Positions 34,369-44,765 of a stretch of 64,000 nt of DNA are shown in pieces (positions within the stretch are counted from its first letter, which is position 1; each line of letters opens with the position of its first letter). A model generated the notes under the pieces. That model was not told the origin of the DNA. It searched no databases and was given only the letters and a program-made list of their open reading frames with translations. Source of the DNA: a virus; the IMG/VR virus record IMGVR_UViG_3300044946_000048, positions 1 to 64,000 of that record; one strand, 5' to 3'. The position numbers were made by a program, and so were the translations under genes.

Positions 34369-36673
34369 CTGCCAGAGGCTCTATCAAGGGCTCGTGCTAG
34401 CACAGACGAGCCCTTCAATAGACTCTCAGGAGAAAACGATGTACATTATATTCCATAACTCGACACGCGGCGGGCTGTACACAATCAGGCTTCAAATGAC
34501 AGGTGACAGCGACCCGTTTCCGGGCTCGTTCTCGATTGTCGAGACGAAGTACGGACGGGAAACGAGTTATGCAAACCTCGGACAGAAGCCCGCATGCGAT
34601 GCCGTGAACGAATACAATAAGCGCATCGATGATTATGCCAAGTACGACGGTATTTTCTTCGTCAAGAAATTAATAACGAATACAATCTAAGCGGAGGATA
34701 TGATGGCAAAGCCACACGGCAAGGTATTACTAGGCAAGGAAGGCGGACGAGACACGCAGCACTGGTACAATTTTATTGAGAGCAAGCGTGCCATCCTTCG
34801 CAGCAAGCGATGGGACGGCGGATGCCCGCAATCTAGGCCAGGCGTTAGCTACACGATAGCGAAGTCTACTCTACTAGAGGAGAAAAAGCCATGAGCGATA
34901 CTCAGGTATTGCTCGCCGTCATCGCCGGGCTCTTATCAATAATTATCTGGAAGCTGTCTCAAATCCACGAGACCTTGAGGACGCCATGACAGGCGCACAG
35001 ATTAAGGCTCTAGCCTTTACTCGTGAGAAGCGAGTCAATCAGACGAGTCCTGCAACACGCCTCAAGGTCGCTCGAAAGAATGCCAGGCTCAAGCTACGTG
35101 CGATTGAAAAGCGATTCGTGCTCAGGCAGAAGAGCCGCACGTATACAGCGAGGGTACAGTGAAGAGATTCGACAAGGCAATAGAAGCACGTAGACGGGCT
35201 CGCAACGAAGCACAGAAGCCCAATGCCGTGCGAGTTATCCCGGATAAGCGTATGAGGCCACCTAAGCATAGAAAGCCTCTACACGAGCCCATTCCGGATG
35301 CCACAGGGTACCCGTACTAAAGTACCATTGCGTTTCTTTGGGCTATATGAGAGCATGAGTTTGCAACTGAAGAGGCATGATTCTCGACAAATGCAACCGC
35401 TGACCCACGGGATACAAAATGCCGCAGACACGGCAGAGGGTCACCTTAGTTAGATGTTCTCAGGGCGTACCGGACCAGAGCCGTAAACAGTCGGTCAAAT
35501 GTCGCAGGCGCGGGAAGAACATCTAACGGAGGTTATTATGTACCACATTGTATGGCGGGAAACAAACGGTCGCATCATACACGTCGGGCTCACGGAATAC
35601 ACCAAGGCATCCGATGCCGACGAAGCGGCCCGCACCTTGTACGCTTGTCGCAATGTGAATTGCCTTATCACGGTGGAATTATTCCTATGGGAAATGACAT
35701 GACACTAGAGCAGGCATTAGCCGAGCATTTGAGTGTAACGTTCTTCAGCATCACCACGCAAGAGCCTCTCAGGCTCCAACATATAGCACTGGCACAAGCG
35801 AACGGCTGCACCGTGCATGAGTTTACAGAGACCTTTGCGTGTGAATGCGCATTGAACGTCTTAGCTATCGGGCCACGCAAGAATGAAGGCCGTATTGCTA
35901 ATGCCATGAAGGAACTGAAGGGACTGAAGGGACTGAAAGGGTAAACCTTGATCCTTATCATCCTAGTGCCTGTTATCCTAGGCACACTGTGCATACTTGA
36001 TTTTATCTTTCATCCATACGCGCCACGGAGGAATGATGCCGAAAGACAAAAGCCTCAAACCAGAGACTGATCACGACGGGAATCTGATTGACCCATGTCA
36101 CTTCTTTGGTATGAAAGGATTCGAGGATTGCCTAGAAGGGCTCGCATGGTATGCCCGTCGAGAGAACAGTGGCACTAAACAATATTTTGATGCGTGTTAC
36201 AACTGTGCGAGGAAACCGTACCCTGAGAAAAATCTCGAAAACTAAAATCAGATTTCGCATAATACCTTATAGTTTTCGGGGTAAAATTTTATCGGATCGA
36301 TTTCTCCCAGGCCAGCTTCCCGAAGTATTCGATTTTTCTCCTCCGGGAAAGGACAAAAGTTTTCGTTAGCGGATAGTTAACGAAAGGATAGGTGAAAAGA
36401 TGAAAGAGAAGAAAGCAATTGAGATTAAATTGGTCTTGATTGAGGATGCAAAAATATTACAAAAAATCTACACGCATGAGTGTGACCGTCCGGCTCAGGA
36501 TATCATTGTCGAGCCTAGCGGTCTCGTGCCAGAGATTTACACCCCGGGCCGCAAGTGCGGGCACGGCGTATACATCCCTGCAAACTCCCAGGACCCGGGT
36601 CGTGCGGAATTCTGTACGCTCTGCAATCCTTACCTCATCCTGGCTAAAAAGAATGCTGCATTCGTGGCCTAAC

Positions 36674-36970
36674 ATGATTGCCTCCGAGTGTTTCTATTGC
36701 GGACGCACCATCTTTCGAAGGGAGTATCTAGAACCAAAGTTAAAAGGTGTCTCTAAATCGAGGATGGCTACCAGGGATCATGTGATACCGAAATCCCGAG
36801 GCGGAGGGCAACTGCACAACAATACGGTGGACGCATGCAATAAGTGTAACATGGAGAAAGGCTGTCTGACAGGCGAGGAATTTATGGCAGTCCTCGCCTA
36901 CAGAGCAGGCCACAAAGAATTGTTCAAGTTGTGGTATGCTAAATTCAGAGAGGAGAAGAACAGTGTCTAA
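36674..36970 (+). CDS. HNH endonuclease
   Basis: CFYCG...ATRDHVIPKSRGG...NTVDACNKCNMEKG. Confidence 0.85.
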   Translation: MIASECFYCGRTIFRREYLEPKLKGVSKSRMATRDHVIPKSRGGGQLHNNTVDACNKCNMEKGCLTGEEFMAVLAYRAGHKELFKLWYAKFREEKNSV

Positions 36971-37547
36971 GACAGTCAGGAATTATTGCACGCAAGGAAA
37001 GCGTGCGCACGAGAAAAACAAGTTGTTCAAGATTCGCATTGAGGATCGTAGGAACCGAGCGACCGAGCGACACATTCAGTATATCGTTAGGCACTTCGAT
37101 TCTTCGATGTTTTCAAAACGGGAGGAAACATGATTATAAATCTATTCGGTGGACACGTTGTACACGCAGCAGAAATTTTGATAAATGGCGATTGGGCGCG
37201 ACTCGACCCCGAAAAATTGGGGCAGCCAGGCTTTCTAGACTTTCTAATGGATCGTATGGAAGCATACCGAATCCTAGATGAGCACGGAACTGTAATGAAG
37301 CATTCAGCCGAACCGTGCAAACTGTGCCACGGCGAAATCAGAGGTTGCCCGCAAGGCGAGTACTGCACTAACCCCTTGTGCAATTACGCTTACTAGGACA
37401 CGGCCATGCTTATAATCTTGGATTGGCTCTTTCGAAACGTAGTCGAGAAAGGATGGCACTACGAGAGTCTGCGATATTTAGAGCGGGATCGTCATGCACG
37501 TTCGATTGACCCGAGTTATCACGAAGTTGACAGAAGCGAGGCGAAAA

Positions 37548-37898
37548 ATGTTAAACACCAAGACCCGCATCACCCGCATTATGGTGCTAGGCATCTTGAC
37601 ATGTACATTACAGAGCCCCGTAAACGCAGGGCCAGGGCAATCCCAACCTGACGCTAAGAGGCAGGCAGCGATACGTCAAGCGCTTGTGGCACACGGTTTC
37701 GAAGCGGGTAAGACTTGGGCTCAAACCCAGGATATCATGCGGGAAATCGCACGCAAACACGGTTGGCAGACGCATTACAGCCCGGATGCCCGCGTGCTAG
37801 GTTGCGAACTGCATTTGGGCAACCCAAAGTTCGATCCTGAGGTATGCACGGCAGGACACAATCACCTCGACGGAGCACAGCGCAAAGCCTCAAAATAG
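37548..37898 (+). CDS. Secreted hypothetical protein (possible peptidoglycan-binding-like)
   Basis: Signal peptide; IRQALVAHGF...GKTWAQTQDIM. Confidence 0.45.
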   Translation: MLNTKTRITRIMVLGILTCTLQSPVNAGPGQSQPDAKRQAAIRQALVAHGFEAGKTWAQTQDIMREIARKHGWQTHYSPDARVLGCELHLGNPKFDPEVCTAGHNHLDGAQRKASK

Positions 37899-37924
37899 CG
37901 AGGGTATACAGGCATCTTATGACA
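37892..37924 (+). promoter_or_regulatory. Phage-specific promoter-like motif
   Basis: AAAATAGCGAGGGTATACAGGCATCTTATGACA. Confidence 0.6.
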
Positions 37925-37929
37925 CCACA

Positions 37930-38340
37930 ATGCAGACAGAAAAGCAGCGGGAGCGGATGTATAGGATTCCGTTCAACATAGGCGTTAAGGAGTGGGAAAT
38001 TATAGCTGCGTATCAAGGGAACGTTTGCGCATGTTGTGGACAACGTTCAGTAGGACGTAGACTTAGTACGGACCATAGTCATGAGGACGGATTACTCCGA
38101 GGACTGCTTTGTCAACGCTGCAATGCCCTTCTAGGCAAAATTGAAAACGCATTCAAGAGATACGGTTTGCATAAGGTACCAGGCTTCACCGTAGTCCTTC
38201 TTTTAAAAGCACTGCATTTCTATCTCAAGACACCTCCAGCCGTCGCGGCTCTAGGTAAAGAAGTGTACGGCTACCCTGGTCGAATCGGCACAGAAGCCTA
38301 TCGTAAATGGGTAAGGAAGAAATTAGAAGACAGAACATGA
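37930..38340 (+). CDS. Endonuclease VII-like protein
   Basis: QGNVCACC...DHSHEDGLLRGLLCQRCN. Confidence 0.85.
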   Translation: MQTEKQRERMYRIPFNIGVKEWEIIAAYQGNVCACCGQRSVGRRLSTDHSHEDGLLRGLLCQRCNALLGKIENAFKRYGLHKVPGFTVVLLLKALHFYLKTPPAVAALGKEVYGYPGRIGTEAYRKWVRKKLEDRT

Positions 38341-38432
38341 CGACTCTCGAAACCATCTGTTTCAGATTTTATACGCAAATTGTAATTTTCTGAAAAGATT
38401 ACTTACGCCATCTGAAAATGGACGACAGGAAG

Positions 38433-38466
38433 AAAATAGCGAGGGTATAGACGCCCTCTGATGTAA
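38433..38466 (+). promoter_or_regulatory. Phage-specific promoter-like motif
   Basis: AAAATAGCGAGGGTATAGACGCCCTCTGATGTAA. Confidence 0.55.
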
Positions 38467-38475
38467 GGTAAACAC

Positions 38476-39207
38476 ATGACAACCCTCGAAAAATATCTCG
38501 CCTGGTTTAAAGCGCACGAACGCCTGCTCCTGTTCCTCGCCGCCAGTCTTCTCGTGGTTATGCTCTACCATATGAAGAACAATTCTGACTTCAAACACGA
38601 TCAGGTACAGGCGCAGATAGCAACGACAGAGGCCGCAGCCGCGTCACAGAAGTTCACCAGCGACCAGGCTACGAATGCAGCACTAGTCCAGCAGTTGGCA
38701 ACGATGCAGACAACGTTCGCCACACAGGTTGCGTCCCTACAGGCGCAGATAGCAGCAACGAACAAGCAGACACAGCAACAGAAGACCGTTGACGCAAGCA
38801 TGACAGATGTACAGCTTGCGCAACGATGGGCTGCGCTCATTCAGGTTAAGCCCGAGGAAGTTACGATAGCTAATGTCCCATTGACTCTACAAATTTCGGA
38901 CAATGCGTCACACATTACCGTCGCCAAGTTGGAGGACGGAGCAGCATGCAGTACGAATCTAATGGTAACACAATCTGAACTAGCAGCGGCTAATACGCTG
39001 AATTCAAAACAGAATGCAGTTATTACCAGTAATGCGGCGACAATCGTTGACGGAGCCGCAGCATTACAGACAGAAAAGAAAAGCCATGCTGATGACGTTG
39101 TATTGCTTAAGAAGCAGAACAGGAAAAGCTTCTGGCACGGCGTTAAGGTCGGCGTAGGCGTAGTTGTAGGGGTTATAGGCGGTATTGCATTGGCATCGCA
39201 CGTTTAA
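38476..39207 (+). CDS. Membrane-anchored coiled-coil protein (spanin-like)
   Basis: N- and C-terminal hydrophobic helices flanking an A/Q/T-rich coiled coil. Confidence 0.45.
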   Translation: MTTLEKYLAWFKAHERLLLFLAASLLVVMLYHMKNNSDFKHDQVQAQIATTEAAAASQKFTSDQATNAALVQQLATMQTTFATQVASLQAQIAATNKQTQQQKTVDASMTDVQLAQRWAALIQVKPEEVTIANVPLTLQISDNASHITVAKLEDGAACSTNLMVTQSELAAANTLNSKQNAVITSNAATIVDGAAALQTEKKSHADDVVLLKKQNRKSFWHGVKVGVGVVVGVIGGIALASHV

Positions 39208-39223
39208 TCTCACAAGGATCACT

Positions 39224-39970
39224 ATGAGTGATACAGCAAGAACGATTCTGTTAGACATTGAGACCGCGCCGAACTTAGGTTGGGTCTGGGGAAAATGGGA
39301 GCAAAACGTAATTGAGTTTGAGAAGAATTGGTATGTCCTCAGCTTCGCGTATAAAGTATTAGGTGAGAAGGATGTTCACGTTCACGCGCTTCCGGATTAT
39401 CCGAGATATAAGAAAGACCGAGAGGACGATAGTCAGTTAGTGAAAAGCCTTTGGCACGTAATGGACAATGCAGACGTGATAGTGGCGCATAACGGGGATA
39501 ATTTTGATATTAAGAAAACTAATACGCGCTTTCTTACTCATCAGCTTCCTCCGCCGAGTCCTTACAAGACCGTCGATACGTTGAAGATTGCAAGGAAAGT
39601 ATTTGCGTTCGATAGCAACAAGCTAGATGAATTGTGCAAGTACCTGAGTATCGGTCGCAAGCTTCCGCATACAGGTTTCAAGCTATGGCACGATTGCATG
39701 CTAGGAGACCCTGAAGCTTGGGAGACCATGAAAGAGTACAATGCCCACGATATCGATTTACTTGAGGCCGTCTACGAGCGCATGAAGCCTTGGCATAATT
39801 TGCATCCTAATGTGAATGTAGGGGTAGCGATAACAGATGCATGCCCAAAGTGCGGATCACACAGCATTCAGAAGCGCGGTTTCAGCTACACGATGTTGAG
39901 CGCAAAACAGCGGTATCAATGCCAGTCTTGTGAGGGCTGGTATGAAGGGTCAGCGCACAAAATCAGGTGA
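39224..39970 (+). CDS. DnaQ/RNase H-fold 3'-5' exonuclease with zinc ribbon
   Basis: LLDIETAP, AHNGDNFD, YNAHDI; CPKCGS...CQSC. Confidence 0.85.
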   Translation: MSDTARTILLDIETAPNLGWVWGKWEQNVIEFEKNWYVLSFAYKVLGEKDVHVHALPDYPRYKKDREDDSQLVKSLWHVMDNADVIVAHNGDNFDIKKTNTRFLTHQLPPPSPYKTVDTLKIARKVFAFDSNKLDELCKYLSIGRKLPHTGFKLWHDCMLGDPEAWETMKEYNAHDIDLLEAVYERMKPWHNLHPNVNVGVAITDACPKCGSHSIQKRGFSYTMLSAKQRYQCQSCEGWYEGSAHKIR

Positions 39971-39974
39971 CGAT

Positions 39975-40652
39975 ATGCTATTACTCGGCCTGGGCCATCG
40001 AGCCCGACAGGGAAAAGACCTGGCAGCAGAATCCATCAAGCACTACTACGACGCGAAGAACGCAGCCAGTTTGATGCACGTGCCCACGTGGAAGGGCTCA
40101 GTCCGAGTAGGTATATTCAAGTATGCGACAGCGCTGTACGCTGAAGTGAATGAAGCTATTAAGAATGGTATTTGGGAAACGCGAGCGGCGGTAGACCCAA
40201 AACTTGCAATCATACTTCCGGATTGGGTTCAACCAGAGCCAAACGCTGAGAAGAGCGAACTAGCACCGTATGGTAAGCATCCAAAGTTACTGCAATGGTG
40301 GGGCACGGAATATCGCAGGACACACTTCGGCCAAGACTACTGGATTAAGAAACTATATGCAAGCATGCCGACAAACTTGCATATTGCAATCATTACGGAC
40401 ATGAGATTCCTGGATGAGGCCGCAGCAATCAAAGAACGAGGCGGCTACACGGTGAACGTGCAGAGGCTCAATCAGGACGGCACACAATGGTATTCAAGTG
40501 ACCGCCCAAAGGATCACAGAAGTGAAACCGAGTTGGATGGATTCAACTACGATTTCTACATAAAAACTAAAGATCATCATGCGGCATTGACAGGCGAGCA
40601 AGCAGTCACGTTGGCCGAGTATCTTAAAGGACTCCATGAGCGCAAACAATAA
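39975..40652 (+). CDS. Deoxynucleoside monophosphate kinase
   Basis: GHRARQGKD, LLQWWGTEYRR, ITDMRFLDE, HRSETELD. Confidence 0.85.
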   Translation: MLLLGLGHRARQGKDLAAESIKHYYDAKNAASLMHVPTWKGSVRVGIFKYATALYAEVNEAIKNGIWETRAAVDPKLAIILPDWVQPEPNAEKSELAPYGKHPKLLQWWGTEYRRTHFGQDYWIKKLYASMPTNLHIAIITDMRFLDEAAAIKERGGYTVNVQRLNQDGTQWYSSDRPKDHRSETELDGFNYDFYIKTKDHHAALTGEQAVTLAEYLKGLHERKQ

Positions 40653-41202
40653 CGGCAAGGCATATATCATCACGTATACAGGCAAGCAATTCTTTCTGCT
40701 TCAAGCCCGCCCCGAGGATATTGATGTTGTGGACATTGCACACGCTCTAGCGATGCAATGCAGATGGACAGGACATAGTAGATTTCATTACAGCATTGCG
40801 CAGCATGCTTATTATTGCAGCTACATCGGACCAGAGAACGAAGCATTCGAGAGATTGAACCACGACGATTCAGAAGCCTACATGGGCGACATGAACCGTC
40901 CGTTGAAGCACTACACTGAGGCAGGCGTAGCATATAGGCACCAAGAAGCGAAGCTAGAGCGCACGATCAAGGAAGCGTTTGGAATTCAGCCTATCGAATC
41001 TAAATCCGTAAAAGAAGCAGATGAGATTATGCTGTATACGGAGAAGGCACAACTACTTCCGGCGGTGGAATTCGAGGGCAGCAATATCTACCCGCCGACG
41101 GAGCCTTCGCAGACGTTGGTGATAGAGAAGTGGACGCCCGAGCAAGCCGAAGGAAATTTTCTAAGAAGGTGGTACGAACTGTACCGAAAGAGGATAAACT
41201 AA
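40636..41202 (+). CDS. HD-domain deoxynucleotide phosphohydrolase
   Basis: DIAHALA...RWTGH...YSIAQH...HDDSEAYMGD...PLK...VKEAD. Confidence 0.85.
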   Translation: MSANNNGKAYIITYTGKQFFLLQARPEDIDVVDIAHALAMQCRWTGHSRFHYSIAQHAYYCSYIGPENEAFERLNHDDSEAYMGDMNRPLKHYTEAGVAYRHQEAKLERTIKEAFGIQPIESKSVKEADEIMLYTEKAQLLPAVEFEGSNIYPPTEPSQTLVIEKWTPEQAEGNFLRRWYELYRKRIN

Positions 41203-41565
41203 ATGCCAATCATACAATCAGGATTTGTCACGATCTCATGTGATGGTCCCGAGGCAGAGTGTGGTAAGTCAGTAACGTTCGCAGCAACAGAGAACGACAA
41301 GAACGAAGCAGAGCGTAACAACCCATGGTTGATGACGCTACGCAATGTCAACACAGCGGATAAGCGTAGCCTATGCTACTGTTCCGATGAATGTGAGATA
41401 AAGGCCGCTGGCCTGGGTGCGCACAACGCACGCACGATCCTCACAGCCACAGGACAGAGCCAGGTGAACCTAGCAGCATTAGCCGCAGCTAAGGCTAAGG
41501 CAGCGACAGCAGCACTCAAGGCTGGCGCAACGCCGGGACAAGTTGGCTTCCAGCCGATGAGCTAA
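41203..41565 (+). CDS. Hypothetical Zn-binding protein
   Basis: CDGPEAEC...YCSDEC; RBS. Confidence 0.55.
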   Translation: MPIIQSGFVTISCDGPEAECGKSVTFAATENDKNEAERNNPWLMTLRNVNTADKRSLCYCSDECEIKAAGLGAHNARTILTATGQSQVNLAALAAAKAKAATAALKAGATPGQVGFQPMS

Positions 41566-41845
41566 TGCTGTACAAGGGTCCATTCGGTGACTCACTAACG
41601 AGCGAGGAGTTTACTCGTGCGTGCGTGGCAGCTAAGGTTGAAGTCACCATTCAAGCATACCCGAATCCTGGAGATATCTACCACGCCTCTAGGATTCTAA
41701 CGATCAAGAGTTTCAACAGCAAGACCATCCGCATCTATCAGAGGAACGCAAAGCACAGCGAGTATTTGCTGCCGCCTCGGATGGAACGAAAGATAATGCT
41801 ACTCGCAATGGAAGAATTTCCAATATTCAAGGAAGAGCCAGAACA

Positions 41846-42211
41846 ATGCCAAACTACTTCGTCAGGTTCATAGCCCACATAGACGAGCGCAAGCGTCCTG
41901 AAGGTTTCCCACGCGAAATATATGTGGATGAGACTTACGAGAACGTTGAGGGCGCACAGCAGGTACGCCAGATGGCTAACCAAAGGTTCCTACAGTTAGC
42001 GATGTCGAACGGTCTCGTGTCATTGAAGAAACAAGAGACCATGGAGCAAGAACTAGTCACCTTCGACAAGCGTGTCTATGTGCCCTGGCACATGATAACG
42101 CACATGCACATGAAGGTGACACAGCTTGTAGAAGTGTCGGATGTAAAGGCACCGGACCCGATAGCACCAGAGGATACTCCACCAGATAAGCCAACGGCAC
42201 AGGTGAACTAG
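41846..42211 (+). CDS. Hypothetical protein
   Basis: Colinear ORF in the operon. Confidence 0.5.
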   Translation: MPNYFVRFIAHIDERKRPEGFPREIYVDETYENVEGAQQVRQMANQRFLQLAMSNGLVSLKKQETMEQELVTFDKRVYVPWHMITHMHMKVTQLVEVSDVKAPDPIAPEDTPPDKPTAQVN

Positions 42212-42628
42212 GTGAAATGCAGAATCTGTAAAGGTAAACACAGACTAGCGCCTAACAGGAAAATCTGCGTTAAATGTTTAGCAGACAGATCAAGACGGTG
42301 GAGATACGAGAACCCAGAAAGACACAAACAGAGATTAAGACGGTGGAAGCTTAAAAATCCTTTAAAACTTCTGGAGTACGCAGTTAGGCACAATTATGAT
42401 TTTTCGGAGAAAGAGATTCAAGAAATTCTTAAATGGAAATCAGGCAATTGTGCTGTCTGTGGTAAGTTTCTCAAAAGATTCGGTCAAGGATGGGATGATG
42501 CATGCATAGAGCACGATCATTTAACAGGCAAATTTAGAGGAATATCGTGCGGTCGTTGTAACAGGGTTTTAGGAATGATTGAAGACAGTAAAAGACTTCT
42601 TAAAAAATTAATAAAATATTTAAGTTGA
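42212..42628 (+). CDS. Endonuclease VII-type homing endonuclease
   Basis: CAVC...EHDHLTGKFRGISCGRCN; AT-rich. Confidence 0.82.
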   Translation: MKCRICKGKHRLAPNRKICVKCLADRSRRWRYENPERHKQRLRRWKLKNPLKLLEYAVRHNYDFSEKEIQEILKWKSGNCAVCGKFLKRFGQGWDDACIEHDHLTGKFRGISCGRCNRVLGMIEDSKRLLKKLIKYLS

Positions 42629-42641
42629 AGGGAGAACTCAC

Positions 42642-43367
42642 ATTATACTTTTATCGTTAGATTTTGAGACGACAGGAACGGATAAGGCAAATGACCGTGT
42701 CATCGAATTCGGTGCGGTTCTTTATTCCACAGGACAGAACAAGTGCTTGGACAACCAGGGCTCGCTCGTACAAACGGACAAGCCTATCTCAGCGGAGATA
42801 ACGGAAATAACCGGGATCACTCAAAAGGCCGTGGATAGCTTCGGGTACGACGCCGACGACAGCTTGAACACAGTCATCCAATTGATGGATACCGCTGACC
42901 ATATCATCGGCTACAACGTTCGACGCTTCGACAAGCCCGTGCTAGAGAATTGGGCAAAGCGTGCAGGCAGAGAACTTCCTAATAAGATTTGGATTGATTT
43001 GTTCGCAGACCTGCCGTGGCGTGTTACTCGTGGCAAGCTATCCCACGTTGCAGCCGATCATGGCATCATCAATTTGTTTCCACACTCGGCACTCGCAGAC
43101 GCACAAACAGTGCTCGCCATCTTGGGGAAGTACAGCCCTGAGTTAATCCTAGAACGTGCCAAGTCACCCGAGGTTGTGCTGCGTTCGCACCAAGAACGAG
43201 GCAACAACGACATAGTGAAGCAGGCACCATGGAAGTTCAGGTGGAATCCGCCTCGCAGTCTATGGTGGAAGCCAGTTAAGGCAGCAGATGTGGATGAAGT
43301 TGTAAAGAAGGCCCCGTTCCGAATCAGTATCGAAAAGGAACTAACGCCAGAGGAGCTAGATAACTAA
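42642..43367 (+). CDS. DEDDh exonuclease (DNA Pol III epsilon-like), probable ATT start
   Basis: ExoI LDFETTG lies upstream of the listed TTG; GYNVRRFD; HSALAD; GGGAG RBS before ATT 42642. Confidence 0.8.
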   Translation: MILLSLDFETTGTDKANDRVIEFGAVLYSTGQNKCLDNQGSLVQTDKPISAEITEITGITQKAVDSFGYDADDSLNTVIQLMDTADHIIGYNVRRFDKPVLENWAKRAGRELPNKIWIDLFADLPWRVTRGKLSHVAADHGIINLFPHSALADAQTVLAILGKYSPELILERAKSPEVVLRSHQERGNNDIVKQAPWKFRWNPPRSLWWKPVKAADVDEVVKKAPFRISIEKELTPEELDN

Positions 43368-43768
43368 TGGGAGTCGGATTCAGAGCGGTACAAGACAGAG
43401 TTGTTGTCAAGCGTGTAGATGATGAATACATGACAGACGGCGGTCTTTACATACCTGACTTGGCGAAGGAACGCCCGGCACAGGGGGTCGTGGTAGCCAC
43501 GGGTCCAGGCAAGTATGAATACGGCGTATTCCAGCCTGTAAACATTCAGCCCGGGGATCACGTGCTATTCGGAAAGTTCTCCGGCCAAGAAGTCAAGGTC
43601 GGAGTGGACGAGTTTTTGATTCTGCGTGAGGAAGATGTGTTCTTGGTTCTCACGCCGAAGCAAATGAGTGAAGCAGCGCAAGCAGCATTAAAGCAACTAG
43701 ATCAAGAAAAGGAAGAGGGGCCGCTAGTCATAGCATTTGCGACAGAGGAACCTACACAGGAGAGTTAA
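43367..43768 (+). CDS. groES: Co-chaperonin GroES
   Basis: DRVVVKR...GGLYIPD.AKERP.QGVVVATGPG...VLFGKFSG.EV...ILREED. Confidence 0.92.
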   Translation: MGVGFRAVQDRVVVKRVDDEYMTDGGLYIPDLAKERPAQGVVVATGPGKYEYGVFQPVNIQPGDHVLFGKFSGQEVKVGVDEFLILREEDVFLVLTPKQMSEAAQAALKQLDQEKEEGPLVIAFATEEPTQES

Positions 43769-43770
43769 AA

Positions 43771-44334
43771 ATGGCAATGATGGTCACAAACACCGCAAAA
43801 GTATTTGAGAAGCCGGAGTCAGGTATATTTCATGGCATACTCGCAGATATCGTAGAACTGAAAGACGTAAAAACCGTTTACAAGGGCGTCGAGAAGATTC
43901 AAGACTGCGTTAGGTTCATTTGGGTCTTGGATAAGAACGGCAAGGATGGGAAGGCTCTCAGCGTAGCACAGCGTTACACGAAGGTGCTCCACGAGAATTC
44001 CAATCTATACAAGGCAGTCAAGCAGATTAAGGATTCCGCACCTCCGATTCCTTATGATATCGAACTGTTGCTCGGGACAGTTAAGAAGCTTGTCATCATT
44101 CGTGACACGAAAGAAGGCGGCAAGGATTACGCCAACATCAACGGCTATCTACCGCCGGACAAGGGCGTAGTTGTAACGATTCCAGCAGACTTTGTTCGCG
44201 CAAAGGATCGTCCAAAGCAGGGATCACAGGGAGTGCAACCAACGCAGCAAGCTGCCCCAGCGCAACAGCAAGCACAGCAAGCACAGCAGGCCGCACCGCA
44301 GCAAGAAATAGGGGACGAAGACATTCCGTTCTAA
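43771..44334 (+). CDS. Single-stranded DNA-binding protein
   Basis: Q/A/P linker and acidic DEDIPF tail. Confidence 0.7.
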   Translation: MAMMVTNTAKVFEKPESGIFHGILADIVELKDVKTVYKGVEKIQDCVRFIWVLDKNGKDGKALSVAQRYTKVLHENSNLYKAVKQIKDSAPPIPYDIELLLGTVKKLVIIRDTKEGGKDYANINGYLPPDKGVVVTIPADFVRAKDRPKQGSQGVQPTQQAAPAQQQAQQAQQAAPQQEIGDEDIPF

Positions 44335-44406
44335 TGCATCGAATTGCAGGCTTTAGAGTCCTAATCGGCTTTAAAGCCTGCATTTCTAGGCTTTAATAGG
44401 AGACAT

Positions 44407-44754
44407 ATGGCACCGAAACCGAAGTCAGACAATCTACTTCCGAGTCAGCATAAATTTCGCCCGGGCTCGAAGTTGACAGCAGCCGATCAGAATTTTATCG
44501 CAAGACAGGAACAAGCGCAGAAAGAAGCGGTAGCTATTTCCATTTCTGTGAACAATAGAATCATCGAGCCGTATACGACCAACATACGCAACATCACTAA
44601 GTACTTGACAGAAGAGAATATGAAAGCGTATGGTATATCATATGATCCTCGTGACCTAAGCAAAGGCACGTGGACGCCTATGATGATAGATTGGATCGCT
44701 ACACTCGCAGCCCGCAAGGAAGCAGTTGAAGCAGTCAAGGCGTCGATCCATTAA
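44407..44754 (+). CDS. Hypothetical protein
   Basis: AGGAG RBS. Confidence 0.55.
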   Translation: MAPKPKSDNLLPSQHKFRPGSKLTAADQNFIARQEQAQKEAVAISISVNNRIIEPYTTNIRNITKYLTEENMKAYGISYDPRDLSKGTWTPMMIDWIATLAARKEAVEAVKASIH

Positions 44755-44765
44755 AGGATAGTCCA

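Noticed and set aside
35380-35400. Hammerhead ribozyme (CTGAAGA core at ~35367 followed by a stem)
   Set aside because: The required GAAA after stem II and the flanking stems are absent.
36440-36673. N-terminal extension of the HNH ORF (likewise the listed upstream starts of 21145, 22498, 24141 and 26402)
   Set aside because: The extensions overlap other genes, RNA leaders or tRNAs; downstream ATGs fit better.
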